From positions 17,516 through 81,515 of the forward strand of contig CAWDEI010000002.1 in NCBI GenBank assembly GCA_963801315.1: a stretch of 64,000 bases of DNA, read 5' to 3'. The DNA is from an uncultured Acidimicrobiales bacterium (GTDB taxonomy: Bacteria; Actinomycetota; Acidimicrobiia; Acidimicrobiales; CAVXTF01). Both the position numbers and the translations under genes were made by a program. How positions within the stretch are numbered: position 1 is the first letter of the stretch; each line of letters begins with the position of its first letter. Positions 54,388 through 61,875 of this stretch are shown piece after piece. The notes beneath the pieces are model-generated. The model saw nothing but the letters and a program-made list of their open reading frames with translations. It was not told the origin of the DNA and ran no database searches.

Positions 54388-55095
54388 GTGCCTCCGGCTT
54401 TTGAGTTCCTGGAGGAAGCCAAGAAGCTCGGATTACTCGGGCCGGCATCCCTGGACCTTCATCGACGGCACTCCCTTGCTTTCGCTGAGGCTCTCATCCA
54501 GGCGATCGGCCGCGACGAGGAAGCGTGGAGGATCGCGACGGGGTCCGCCGGCGGGCATGGTCTCCGAATCCTCGACCTCGGCTCAGGGGGTGGAGTGCCC
54601 GGTCTCATTCTTGCCGAACTCTGGCCTGACGCGTCGATCGGTCTTCTCGAAGGCTCAGACCGACGCTGTCGGCTGCTCGAGCGCTGGGTAGCTGAGGCCG
54701 GATGGACGACGAGGGTCTCGGTCCTGTGCGGCCGGGCCGAGGAACTTGGAAGGGACGATTCCTCGAGGGGAACATTCGACGCCGTCGTGGCGAGGCTGTT
54801 CGGCCGTCCGGCCGTGACGGCCGAGTGCGCCGCCCCCTTCTTGAGGGTTGGCGGTCTCCTGGTGGTATCTGATCCCCCAACAGGACAGCCTGAAGAGGAA
54901 GGCGTTGTTCCGGACAGAGTGTCGGAAGGATCATCCGATTCCCGTTGGCCGCCGCATGGTCTGGCTCAGCTAGGTCTCCAAAAGGCCGAAGTCATCACGA
55001 CACCCTTCCATTTCACCGTTCTGCGTCAGGTTGACCTCTGTCCCCTCCGCTATCCCCGGCGGACCGGTATTCCAGCAAAGCGGCCCTTGTTCTGA
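54388..55095 (+). CDS. rsmG: 16S rRNA (guanine527-N7)-methyltransferase RsmG
   Basis: 235-aa ORF with the SAM motif ILDLGSGGGVPGLILA, located before parA. Confidence 0.88.
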   Translation: MPPAFEFLEEAKKLGLLGPASLDLHRRHSLAFAEALIQAIGRDEEAWRIATGSAGGHGLRILDLGSGGGVPGLILAELWPDASIGLLEGSDRRCRLLERWVAEAGWTTRVSVLCGRAEELGRDDSSRGTFDAVVARLFGRPAVTAECAAPFLRVGGLLVVSDPPTGQPEEEGVVPDRVSEGSSDSRWPPHGLAQLGLQKAEVITTPFHFTVLRQVDLCPLRYPRRTGIPAKRPLF

Positions 55096-55097
55096 CT

Positions 55098-55130
55098 ATG
55101 TTTCACGTGAAACCATGCGGTGAAACAGCA
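55098..55130. promoter_or_regulatory. parS: parS site (TGTTTCACGTGAAACc, 15/16 to consensus) within the left arm of a 33-bp inverted repeat
   Basis: The arm is atgtttcacgtgaaaccatgcggtgaaacagca. The core at 55099-55114 matches the ParB-binding consensus TGTTTCACGTGAAACA, and an extra GTGAAACA half-site lies at 55121-55128. Confidence 0.8.
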
Positions 55131-55159
55131 ACCTAGAGGTTGCGGAGGGAGAGCTCGGG

Positions 55160-55555
55160 ATGGCCACGGAGTACGAGCTCGGCGTGTTGGTCGGTCTCCT
55201 GATCGGCGAAGGCCACTTCGGGGGTGATAACCGGCAGCCACAGATAACCCTCCGAAAGCACGTCCGGCACGTGGCCCTGTTCCGGTGGCTGGAACGAACC
55301 TTTCCGGGGGGCCGGGTCTACGGCCCCTATGACCACGGCGGCCGCCGCTACTACCAATGGATGCTCCGCGGCCCACACCTCCGCGATCTTTTCCCTCTGC
55401 TGAAGGCTCGGATCACGCCGGATCTCGATGCCTACGCGTACGAGCGGTTCGAACAGATGCAAATCCGGTACGCGGTGCAACTGGGATTGCCGGCTCCTGC
55501 GTCGGCTCCGACGGTCGAAGACAAAGGTGCTGTTTCACCGCATGGTTTCACGTGA
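55160..55555 (+). CDS. LAGLIDADG-type homing-endonuclease-like protein (single-motif, 131 aa)
   Basis: GGAGGGA RBS about 8 nt upstream of ATG. The N-terminus MATEYELGVLVGLLIGEGHFGG matches the LAGLIDADG helix (compare LAGFVDGDGSI). The downstream ITLRKHVRHVALFRWLERTFPGGRVYGPY...YYQWMLRG has a core-like pattern. GC-rich third positions support coding. The stop TGA lies inside the right parS. Confidence 0.6.
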   Translation: MATEYELGVLVGLLIGEGHFGGDNRQPQITLRKHVRHVALFRWLERTFPGGRVYGPYDHGGRRYYQWMLRGPHLRDLFPLLKARITPDLDAYAYERFEQMQIRYAVQLGLPAPASAPTVEDKGAVSPHGFT

Positions 55556-55560
55556 AACAT
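55528..55560. promoter_or_regulatory. parS: parS site (gGTTTCACGTGAAACA, 15/16) within the right arm of the 33-bp inverted repeat
   Basis: tgctgtttcaccgcatggtttcacgtgaaacat is the exact reverse complement (33/33) of 55098-55130. The core is at 55544-55559. Confidence 0.8.
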
Positions 55561-55667
55561 CCCAGAAGTCTCCTCCCGTAGCCCGAATATCGCCGGAAAC
55601 GCTTGACCGCAGGTTCACGGATGACCAGGATGGAGTCGTGCTCCTGGGCGAAGCTGTTTTATAAGCA

Positions 55668-56861
55668 GTGCGCGTTCCCTTTCGCAGTCGAGAGCAACGG
55701 CGCAGTAAACACTTCGACGAGTCGGACTCCGGTTCCGGAGCGGACGCTCATCGCTATGCCGAGCCCGGTCTTCGGGAGCCCGGCCTTCCCGGTTCCTCCG
55801 AGTTAGGCGATCTGTCTGGTCGGGAGGGAACCTCGACGGGAGTCGACCATCAGGTCGAAGGGATCGCTCCTGAGAACCCATTCGAAGCGTTGGAACCCTC
55901 CTCGCGCTCTGACGATCCGGTCATCGATCCCGGTCAGGTGAGCTCGGTTGCGGTCCTCGCCTCCGGGGACAGCTTGCGAGCGACTGCGACCGTCAGCGAA
56001 AACGGTGACGGGGGTGCCCGCGAAGACGCACCCGAATCTTCGGTCCGACCTGACGAATCAGCCGTACCCGATCACCCGAAGAGCGCCCCCATAAAGCTGC
56101 CACGGGTAGTAGCGGTCGCGAACCAGAAAGGCGGAGTCGGCAAGACGACGACGGCCGTGAACCTCGGCGCCGGTCTTGCAGAGCTCGGGTTCCGCGTGCT
56201 CGTAATCGACCTTGACCCCCAGGGGAACGCCACGACCGGGTTGGGGATCGATGCGCGTCACTTCGAGAACTCGATGTACGACGTCATCATGAAGGACATC
56301 GCCCTCGAGGATTGCATCGAACCTACAAGCCTCAAGAACTTGTTCGTGGCCCCGGCGACGATCGACCTTGCTGGTGCCGAGATAGAGCTGGTACCCGCGT
56401 TCAGCCGAGAGTTCAAGCTTCGGAAGGCCATCCAGACGGTGGTCGACGACTTCGACTATGTCCTGATCGACTGCCCGCCATCGCTGGGACTCATAACCAT
56501 CAACGGACTTGCCGCTGCCGGAGAGGTCCTCGTCCCGATCCAGTGCGAGTACTACGCACTCGAGGGCTTGGGACAGCTGCTCCGAAATGTCCAATTGGTG
56601 CAGAGCAACCTTAACGAGAAGCTCGAGGTGTCGACGATCGTCCTCACGATGTACGACGCCCGCACGAAGCTGGCCGAGCAGGTGGCGTCGGAGGTTCGAG
56701 CTCACTTCGGCCCCCGGGTCTGCCGGGTCGTGATACCGCGTACCGTACGGATATCGGAGGCCCCTTCTTTCGGGCAACCGATCACCGTGTTCGACCCGAC
56801 CTCGCGTGGCGCGATCGCGTACCGCGAACTGGCAAAGGAGGTGAGTGGTGTCGAGACGTAG
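55668..56861 (+). CDS. parA: chromosome partitioning ATPase ParA (Soj) with an N-terminal extension
   Basis: Deviant Walker A VANQKGGVGKTTTAVNLGA, then LVIDLDPQGNAT. The long ORF starts at GTG 55668, but the first ~140 codons are low-complexity with weaker GC3. The true start may be at about 55938 or 55974. Confidence 0.9.
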   Translation: MRVPFRSREQRRSKHFDESDSGSGADAHRYAEPGLREPGLPGSSELGDLSGREGTSTGVDHQVEGIAPENPFEALEPSSRSDDPVIDPGQVSSVAVLASGDSLRATATVSENGDGGAREDAPESSVRPDESAVPDHPKSAPIKLPRVVAVANQKGGVGKTTTAVNLGAGLAELGFRVLVIDLDPQGNATTGLGIDARHFENSMYDVIMKDIALEDCIEPTSLKNLFVAPATIDLAGAEIELVPAFSREFKLRKAIQTVVDDFDYVLIDCPPSLGLITINGLAAAGEVLVPIQCEYYALEGLGQLLRNVQLVQSNLNEKLEVSTIVLTMYDARTKLAEQVASEVRAHFGPRVCRVVIPRTVRISEAPSFGQPITVFDPTSRGAIAYRELAKEVSGVET

Positions 56862-57798
56862 CGGTCTCGGGAGGGGTCTCGGCTCACTGATCCCGACCGA
56901 ACCCATCGGACGTGAAGCGTCGGCATTCCGCGAGGTACCGGTTGCGGCGATCCGGCCGAATCCCCTCCAACCCCGTAGTCACTTCGACGAGGAGGCGATG
57001 TCTTCCTTGGCGGCGTCCATTCGCGAGGTGGGAGTGCTGCAACCGTTGCTCGTGAGGGACCTGGAAGACGGCGAGTACGAACTGGTCGCCGGCGAACGGC
57101 GTTGGAGAGCCGCGCGCCGCGCAGGGCTTCAGACCGTGCCGGTCATCGTGCAGTCGATCTCGGACTCGAACAGCCTCGAGCACGCGCTGGTCGAGAACCT
57201 GCATCGCGCAGACCTCAACCCTTTGGAAGAGGCCGCCGCCTTCCACCAGCTGATCGACGACTTCGGCTACACCCATGAGCAGGTTGCAACGCGTGTCGGA
57301 CGAAGCCGGACCGTCGTTACCAACACGCTCCGCCTTCTTCAGCTTCCGGCTGGTGTACAGCGAGCCATCGCCGACGGAGAGATAACGGCCGGGCACGCGA
57401 GGGCGCTTCTCGGCACTCCAGATCGAGGATTCCAAGAAGACCTCGCTAAGCGGGTGATCGTGGAAGGCCTGACAGTTCGAGCGGTAGAAGAAGAGATCCG
57501 GGCGCACGGCCAGCCGCAGCCCGAGACTGATACGGGCCGGTGGTCCGGAGACGGCCCCCAGGACGGCTATCGCGGCTCCGAGACAGTGGAACGAACACCG
57601 GCCAGCGGGCCCGGCCGCTCGAAGAGCAGGCTTCCCGCTCCAGGAGTGCTCGAACTCGAAGAGCTCTTGTCGTCGCATCTCAACACGCGTGTCAAGGTCG
57701 AGATGGGCGCCAAGCGGGGCCGTGTCATAGTCGACTTTGCAACTCTCGAGGATCTCGAGCGGATATATAGGCTCATGGTTACGAACGGTTCGATCTGA
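56845..57798 (+). CDS. parB: chromosome partitioning protein ParB (Spo0J)
   Basis: RGLGRGLGSLIP, the arginine patch GERRWRAARRAG, and the HTH EQVATRVGRSRTVVTNTLRLL. It overlaps the parA end by 17 nt. Confidence 0.92.
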   Translation: MVSRRSGLGRGLGSLIPTEPIGREASAFREVPVAAIRPNPLQPRSHFDEEAMSSLAASIREVGVLQPLLVRDLEDGEYELVAGERRWRAARRAGLQTVPVIVQSISDSNSLEHALVENLHRADLNPLEEAAAFHQLIDDFGYTHEQVATRVGRSRTVVTNTLRLLQLPAGVQRAIADGEITAGHARALLGTPDRGFQEDLAKRVIVEGLTVRAVEEEIRAHGQPQPETDTGRWSGDGPQDGYRGSETVERTPASGPGRSKSRLPAPGVLELEELLSSHLNTRVKVEMGAKRGRVIVDFATLEDLERIYRLMVTNGSI

Positions 57799-57928
57799 GG
57801 CCCGTTCCAGGCGCGTTCGGGTAGGTATCACGCAAGCGCGGTGCGGAATTGGCGCATGTGCATGAGCCGCAAAGCACGTTCAGTGAGATCCTGCCGGGGA
57901 CGATACCGCTGAGCAGGGATTTCTTACT

Positions 57929-57997
57929 CTGTGTGGTCGAATCAACGTCCACCGCAAGTGGAGAGTATCCACATCCTGTGCATGAAGCTGTGGATTA
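57929..57997. promoter_or_regulatory. DnaA-box-like cluster in the lower-GC spacer downstream of parB
   Basis: gTATCCACA (57966-57973) and TGTGGATTA (57989-57997, reverse complement TAATCCACA) face each other. Weaker tgtggtc (about 57932) and gtccacc (about 57947) are also present. The 286-bp spacer 57799-58084 has no convincing ORF. Confidence 0.45.
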
Positions 57998-58084
57998 GGC
58001 GAAACGTTCACCATGGCTTCACCCTTGCTTTACCCTTATGTCACGTGCCCTTCACCGGGGCTTCACGCGACGCGGAGGGCTCCC

Positions 58085-59090
58085 TCAGTCGACAGAGGTG
58101 GTCGCCCACTCGGTGAGAGCCTCGGCGAGTGCCACGGCAATTCGGGGCGTGCGCTCGACCACCAACCCAGCCGGGCCGAGCTCACAGACGACGGCCGGCA
58201 TACGCGTCTCCCTCAGGACAGGTAGAGACATGCCCTCGGGCTCGCAAGGAGGCAGGTCGAGCTCCGCGGGCACGCGACTCTGAACCAGTTCGGCCAGGCG
58301 CTTGCCGCCGGCCGACTCGTACCGGTATCCCGCGTAGTGAGACGTGGTGCACCGGTGCGAAGACGGATCGAGTCGCAGTCCGAGGAAGACCTCTGCGTTG
58401 GCTGCGTTCGCCGCAGTTGCTTGGGCGAAGCCGTCGGGGTGAAGGACAGGTACAGCGTTGGCTCCGGCTCTGTGCAGGGCCCGTCGGACAGCGGACGCCA
58501 GGGCGTCGAGGCCCCCCTCTTCTCCGACGGCTATGCAGCGTCGGAGGAGGGTCTTCGGCAGGTGCCGAAGCCGGTCGCGGTCGCGGAACCGAGCTGACCA
58601 GTTCGGGCAGCTCGCGGCGGGGCATCACTCGTCGGAGCTCGCTCAGGGTGTCGGCTCCTAGGATCGCGTCGACGGGTAGCCCGAGGTTGCGCTGGAAGTC
58701 GGCCAGTGCCATCGCGGTTCTCCGCCCGAAAATGCCGTCCACCCGGCCGGTGTCGAAGCCGAGGGCCGAGAGACGACGTTGCAGGTCCGCAACGTCGTCA
58801 CCGCGCAGCATCGCTCGACGGTGGTACAAGAACCGGTCCCCGAGCCTGAACCCGGCCTCCACCAACGCCGCCCAGGTTTGGGGCCCGCACGTCCCGTCCA
58901 CGCGAAGGCCCCTCAGGTGCTGGAAAGCCTCTACGGCGGCTCGAGTCCCGGGCCCATAGGAGCCGCCGGCGTCCGGAAGGACGTCGATGCCGAGCGCCGA
59001 CAGGCGCGTCTGGAGATCCGAGACCGCAGGTCCTTCGTGTCCCGGCCCGAGCGGCAGGGCGGTGCCGGGCGACTTCTCTACGACTCCAGA
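58085..59090 (-). pseudogene. CwlM-like N-acetylmuramoyl-L-alanine amidase (two PG-binding repeats + amidase_3), frameshifted
   Basis: The PG_binding_1 repeats (GPAVSDLQTRLSALG...TRAAVEAFQ and GDDVADLQRRLSALGFDTG...TAMALADFQ) are in ORF 58182..59363. The amidase domain (FRDRDRLRHLPKTLLRRCIAVGEEGG...GYRYESAGGKRLAELV...LPVLRETRMPAVVCELG...) reads in another frame ending at 58085. The shift is at about 58595. I found no in-frame ATG/GTG/TTG between the trxA stop and the first repeat, so the 5' end is unresolved. Confidence 0.7.
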
Positions 59091-59125
59091 GCTGAAATTG
59101 ACACGCTCCGGCGCCGGGCGCCCAC

Positions 59126-59455
59126 TCAGGCGAGGAACGGAGCGATCTCCTGGAGGAGCTGGGCCTTGCCCCTTGCCCCCGTTATGCGGACCTTTGGCTC
59201 CCCGTCCTTGAAGAGGATCAGGGTCGGGATGCTCATTACCTCGAATCGTCTCGTCACGTCGAGGTTCTCGTCGATGTTGATCTTCGCCACCTGTACCTTG
59301 CCGACGTTCTCGCCTGCGATCTGCTCGAGCACCGGAGCGATCATCTTGCACGGGCCGCACCACTCCGCCCAGAAGTCCACCAGAACAGGTGTGTCGGCCA
59401 GCTTGACATGTTCGTCAAAGCTAGCGTCGCTCAGCGTCGTGATCTCGTTGCTCAT
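59126..59455 (-). CDS. trxA: thioredoxin
   Basis: MSNEITTLSDASFDEHV...VDFWAEWCGPCKMIAP. ATG 59455 is preceded by GAAGGGA. The ORF track extends to 59473. Confidence 0.92.
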   Translation of the reverse strand: MSNEITTLSDASFDEHVKLADTPVLVDFWAEWCGPCKMIAPVLEQIAGENVGKVQVAKINIDENLDVTRRFEVMSIPTLILFKDGEPKVRITGARGKAQLLQEIAPFLA

Positions 59456-59555
59456 GATCGTCCCTTCGTCCACCGCTGCCTGAGAGAGCCACTCTCGACA
59501 GCGAGCTCGTGTTTCGCACGGCAGACAGAGAACACCTGTCAGCCCGATCTATTCC

Positions 59556-59583
59556 GGGTCCGTTGCCTAGGGTCCGTTGCCTA
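59556..59583. repeat. 14-bp exact tandem duplication (gggtccgttgccta x2) spanning the trxB stop codon
   Basis: Copies lie at 59556-59569 and 59570-59583. The trxB TAG (cta at 59581-59583) is in the second copy, and a second TAG follows 14 nt downstream on the coding strand. Confidence 0.85.
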
Positions 59584-60567
59584 GGGCCGCGTCTGCTTGG
59601 TGGCTTCCAGCCACCGTTCGACGTCGATCGCCGCCATGCAGCCCGAACCGGCGGCCGTCACCGCCTGACGGTAGTAATGGTCCTGGACGTCGCCGCAGGC
59701 GAAGACCCCTTCCACGTTCGTGGCGGTGCCGACGTTCGTGCCGGGGCCACCTTTCGTGCGGATGTAGCCGTTTTCGTCGAGGTCGATCTGCCCGGTGAAC
59801 ACAGTCGTGTTCGGTATGTGGCCGATCGCGACGAAGACGCCTGCGGCTGGAAGGTCTTCGGTCGCGCCGGTCTCGACGTCGCGTACCCGTACTGCGCTCA
59901 CCTTCGAGTCGCCGAGCACCTCTTCTACGACCGAGTTCCAACGGAATGCGATGCGATCGTTGGCGAACGCGCGGTCCTGCATGATCTTGGAGGCCCGGAG
60001 CTCCTTGCGTCTGTGGACGAGCGTCACGGTGTCGCCGAAACGCGAGAGGAAAAGCGCCTCCTCGACGGCTGAGTCGCCGCCGCCGACGACGATAATTTCC
60101 TTTTCTTTAAAGAAGAATCCGTCACATGTGGCACAGGTCGACACTCCGTGGCCGAGAAGTCGCGCCTCGCCCGGGACTCCGAGCATGAGCGATCTCGCGC
60201 CGGTCGCGACGATGAGCGCCGTAGCGCGGAGGTCAGGTTCCGGCGCGTGTTCGTCATCGGTCCACACGCCGAAGGGACTTTGCGACAGATCGACTCGCGT
60301 GGCTCTTCCCGTCATGAACTTCGCCCCGAACCGCTCGGCCTGAGCGCGGAAGCGCTGCATCAACTCGGGACCGAGGATCCCGTCGACGAAACCGGGGTAG
60401 TTCTCCACCTCTGTCGTCACCATGAGCTGCCCGCCGGGCTGGTCGCTCGTGGAGGAGATCTCGCCCTCGATCACGAGCGGCTGCAGGTTGGCCCGCGCTG
60501 TGTAGATGGCGGCCGTGACGCCGGCGGGGCCGGAGCCGAGGATCACCACCTGGTGCGTGTCGGTCAC
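59581..60567 (-). CDS. trxB: thioredoxin-disulfide reductase
   Basis: 328-aa ORF with FAD motif ILGSGPAGVTAAIY, the redox centre CATCDG and NADPH motif VVGGGDSAVEEA. Confidence 0.94.
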   Translation of the reverse strand: MTDTHQVVILGSGPAGVTAAIYTARANLQPLVIEGEISSTSDQPGGQLMVTTEVENYPGFVDGILGPELMQRFRAQAERFGAKFMTGRATRVDLSQSPFGVWTDDEHAPEPDLRATALIVATGARSLMLGVPGEARLLGHGVSTCATCDGFFFKEKEIIVVGGGDSAVEEALFLSRFGDTVTLVHRRKELRASKIMQDRAFANDRIAFRWNSVVEEVLGDSKVSAVRVRDVETGATEDLPAAGVFVAIGHIPNTTVFTGQIDLDENGYIRTKGGPGTNVGTATNVEGVFACGDVQDHYYRQAVTAAGSGCMAAIDVERWLEATKQTRP

Positions 60568-60568
60568 C

Positions 60569-60970
60569 TCAGGCGTCCTTTGCCTGCGCGGGACTTCGCT
60601 TCGTCCATGCGAGAGCGCCGGCCACGACCATCAGAGCTCCGACGAGCGCGTCCGCCGGCCAGACGCGGTGCCCGAACGCATAGACATCGAGCAGACGGAT
60701 CAGGGCAATGGCGAGAAGTACGCAAAGGACGAGCGCCATGGAGGCCACGACGATGCCGAACACGACGGCGCGTGCAGCGAGAATGATCGGCCGGATGGCA
60801 CGATCCTGGACCGCCCCGACGACGTCCTCGACGGTCTGGGCGACCTTGGAGGGCCACTCAGATCCCGCGATTCCTCTTCCGAGCGACCCCGAGCCCGCCG
60901 CGGGAGCCCGCGCCGGCTCCGCCTCGGGTGCTCGTACCGCGGGCCCATTTGCCGCCTGACCGTCGACCAT
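60569..60970 (-). CDS. small hypothetical membrane protein
   Basis: ORF 60569..60994 has two hydrophobic helices (AVVFGIVVASMALVLCVLLAIALI and ALVGALMVVAGALAW). The Met at 60970 avoids overlap with the degV end. Confidence 0.45.
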   Translation of the reverse strand: MVDGQAANGPAVRAPEAEPARAPAAGSGSLGRGIAGSEWPSKVAQTVEDVVGAVQDRAIRPIILAARAVVFGIVVASMALVLCVLLAIALIRLLDVYAFGHRVWPADALVGALMVVAGALAWTKRSPAQAKDA

Positions 60971-60980
60971 TCCGACGAGG

Positions 60981-61825
60981 CTAGCTGCGGGCAACCAAGA
61001 AGCAGACGCCGATTGTTCCCGGGCCTGTGTGGCTACCTACGACCGGCCCGAGCGAGGACACCTCGAGCGGATGAGCGCTCTTCGCATTCCGGAGCATGTC
61101 GGCGACCTCGTCGGCATCCGTCGCCCGGCCATCGGCGAGCGCGATGCGCTCGAGAGGGCCTGCATCGAGGGCTTTCGAGGCCAGGTACTTCACCGCGCGG
61201 GTACGCTCCGCTGCTTCGAATCGACCTCCACGACACCGTCTCGGACCTCGAGAACTGGCTTGATCGAAAGCAGCGATCCCACGAGATGAGACGCTCCTCC
61301 GATGCGACCGCCCTTGCGTAAGAAGTCGAGGCTGTCGACCACTCCGAACACGTGGACGCGTGCAGCGGCGTCTTCGACGCCCGCCAACACCTCGTCGAGG
61401 CTGTTCGAAGAAGCGGCGAGATCGACTGCTTCGATGACGAGCAAGCCGAGTCCCATGGTGAGGGTGAGCGAGTCCACCACGGCCACCTGGATGCGGTCTG
61501 CCACAGCATCCGCGGCAGTCCGGGCCGCCTGAAACGTCGCGGACACCTTCGAGGAGAGGTTTATGCAGATCACACCGTCCATGCCGGCGTCGGCCGCGTC
61601 GCTGAAAACGGCCTGGAACGCACCAGGAGACGGAGCGGCGGTCTGCGGCATGTGCGGGCCGGCGACGACGCGGTCCCAGAACTCCTTGTCCGACAGCTCG
61701 ACCTTGTCGATCAGCTCCTCTTCACCGAATCTGATCGTGAGAGGAACGACCCGGATACCGAGCTTGTCGACCAGATCCGAGGGGAGGTCGCACGCGCTGT
61801 CGGTCACCACCTGGATGCCGGGCAT
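60981..61825 (-). pseudogene. DegV family fatty-acid-binding protein, frameshifted
   Basis: ORF 61190..61825 (MPGIQVVTDSACDLP...TAAPSPGAFQ...VVDSLTLTMGLG...) continues in ORF 60981..61193 (RTRARAVKYLASKAL...GPVVGSHTGPGTIGVCF). The shift is at about 61205. AAGGAGG RBS before ATG 61825. Confidence 0.75.
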
Positions 61826-61837
61826 CCGCCCTCCTTA

Positions 61838-61875
61838 TTGCTTCAGATCTCACGGGTTGCTTCAGATCTCACGGG
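61838..61875. repeat. 19-bp exact tandem duplication (ttgcttcagatctcacggg x2) spanning the murJ stop codon
   Basis: Copies lie at 61838-61856 and 61857-61875. The murJ TGA (tca at 61869-61871) is in the second copy. The duplication makes up most of the 43-bp murJ-degV spacer. Confidence 0.85.

Larger units (their letters stand above)
55098..55560. mobile_element. candidate selfish or cassette-like element: LAGLIDADG ORF bounded by perfect 33-bp inverted repeats
   Basis: 463-bp unit with perfect terminal inverted repeats and a single ORF of a family known for mobility. No transposase is present and no target-site duplication was recognised, so mobility is inferred only. Confidence 0.3.

Noticed and set aside
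57931-58116. 61-aa ORF (MWSNQRPPQVESIHILCMKLWIRRN...) in the parB-downstream spacer.
   Set aside because: It has no RBS, atypical composition, and overlaps the DnaA-box-like motifs that better explain the sequence. It is kept only as part of the spacer finding.
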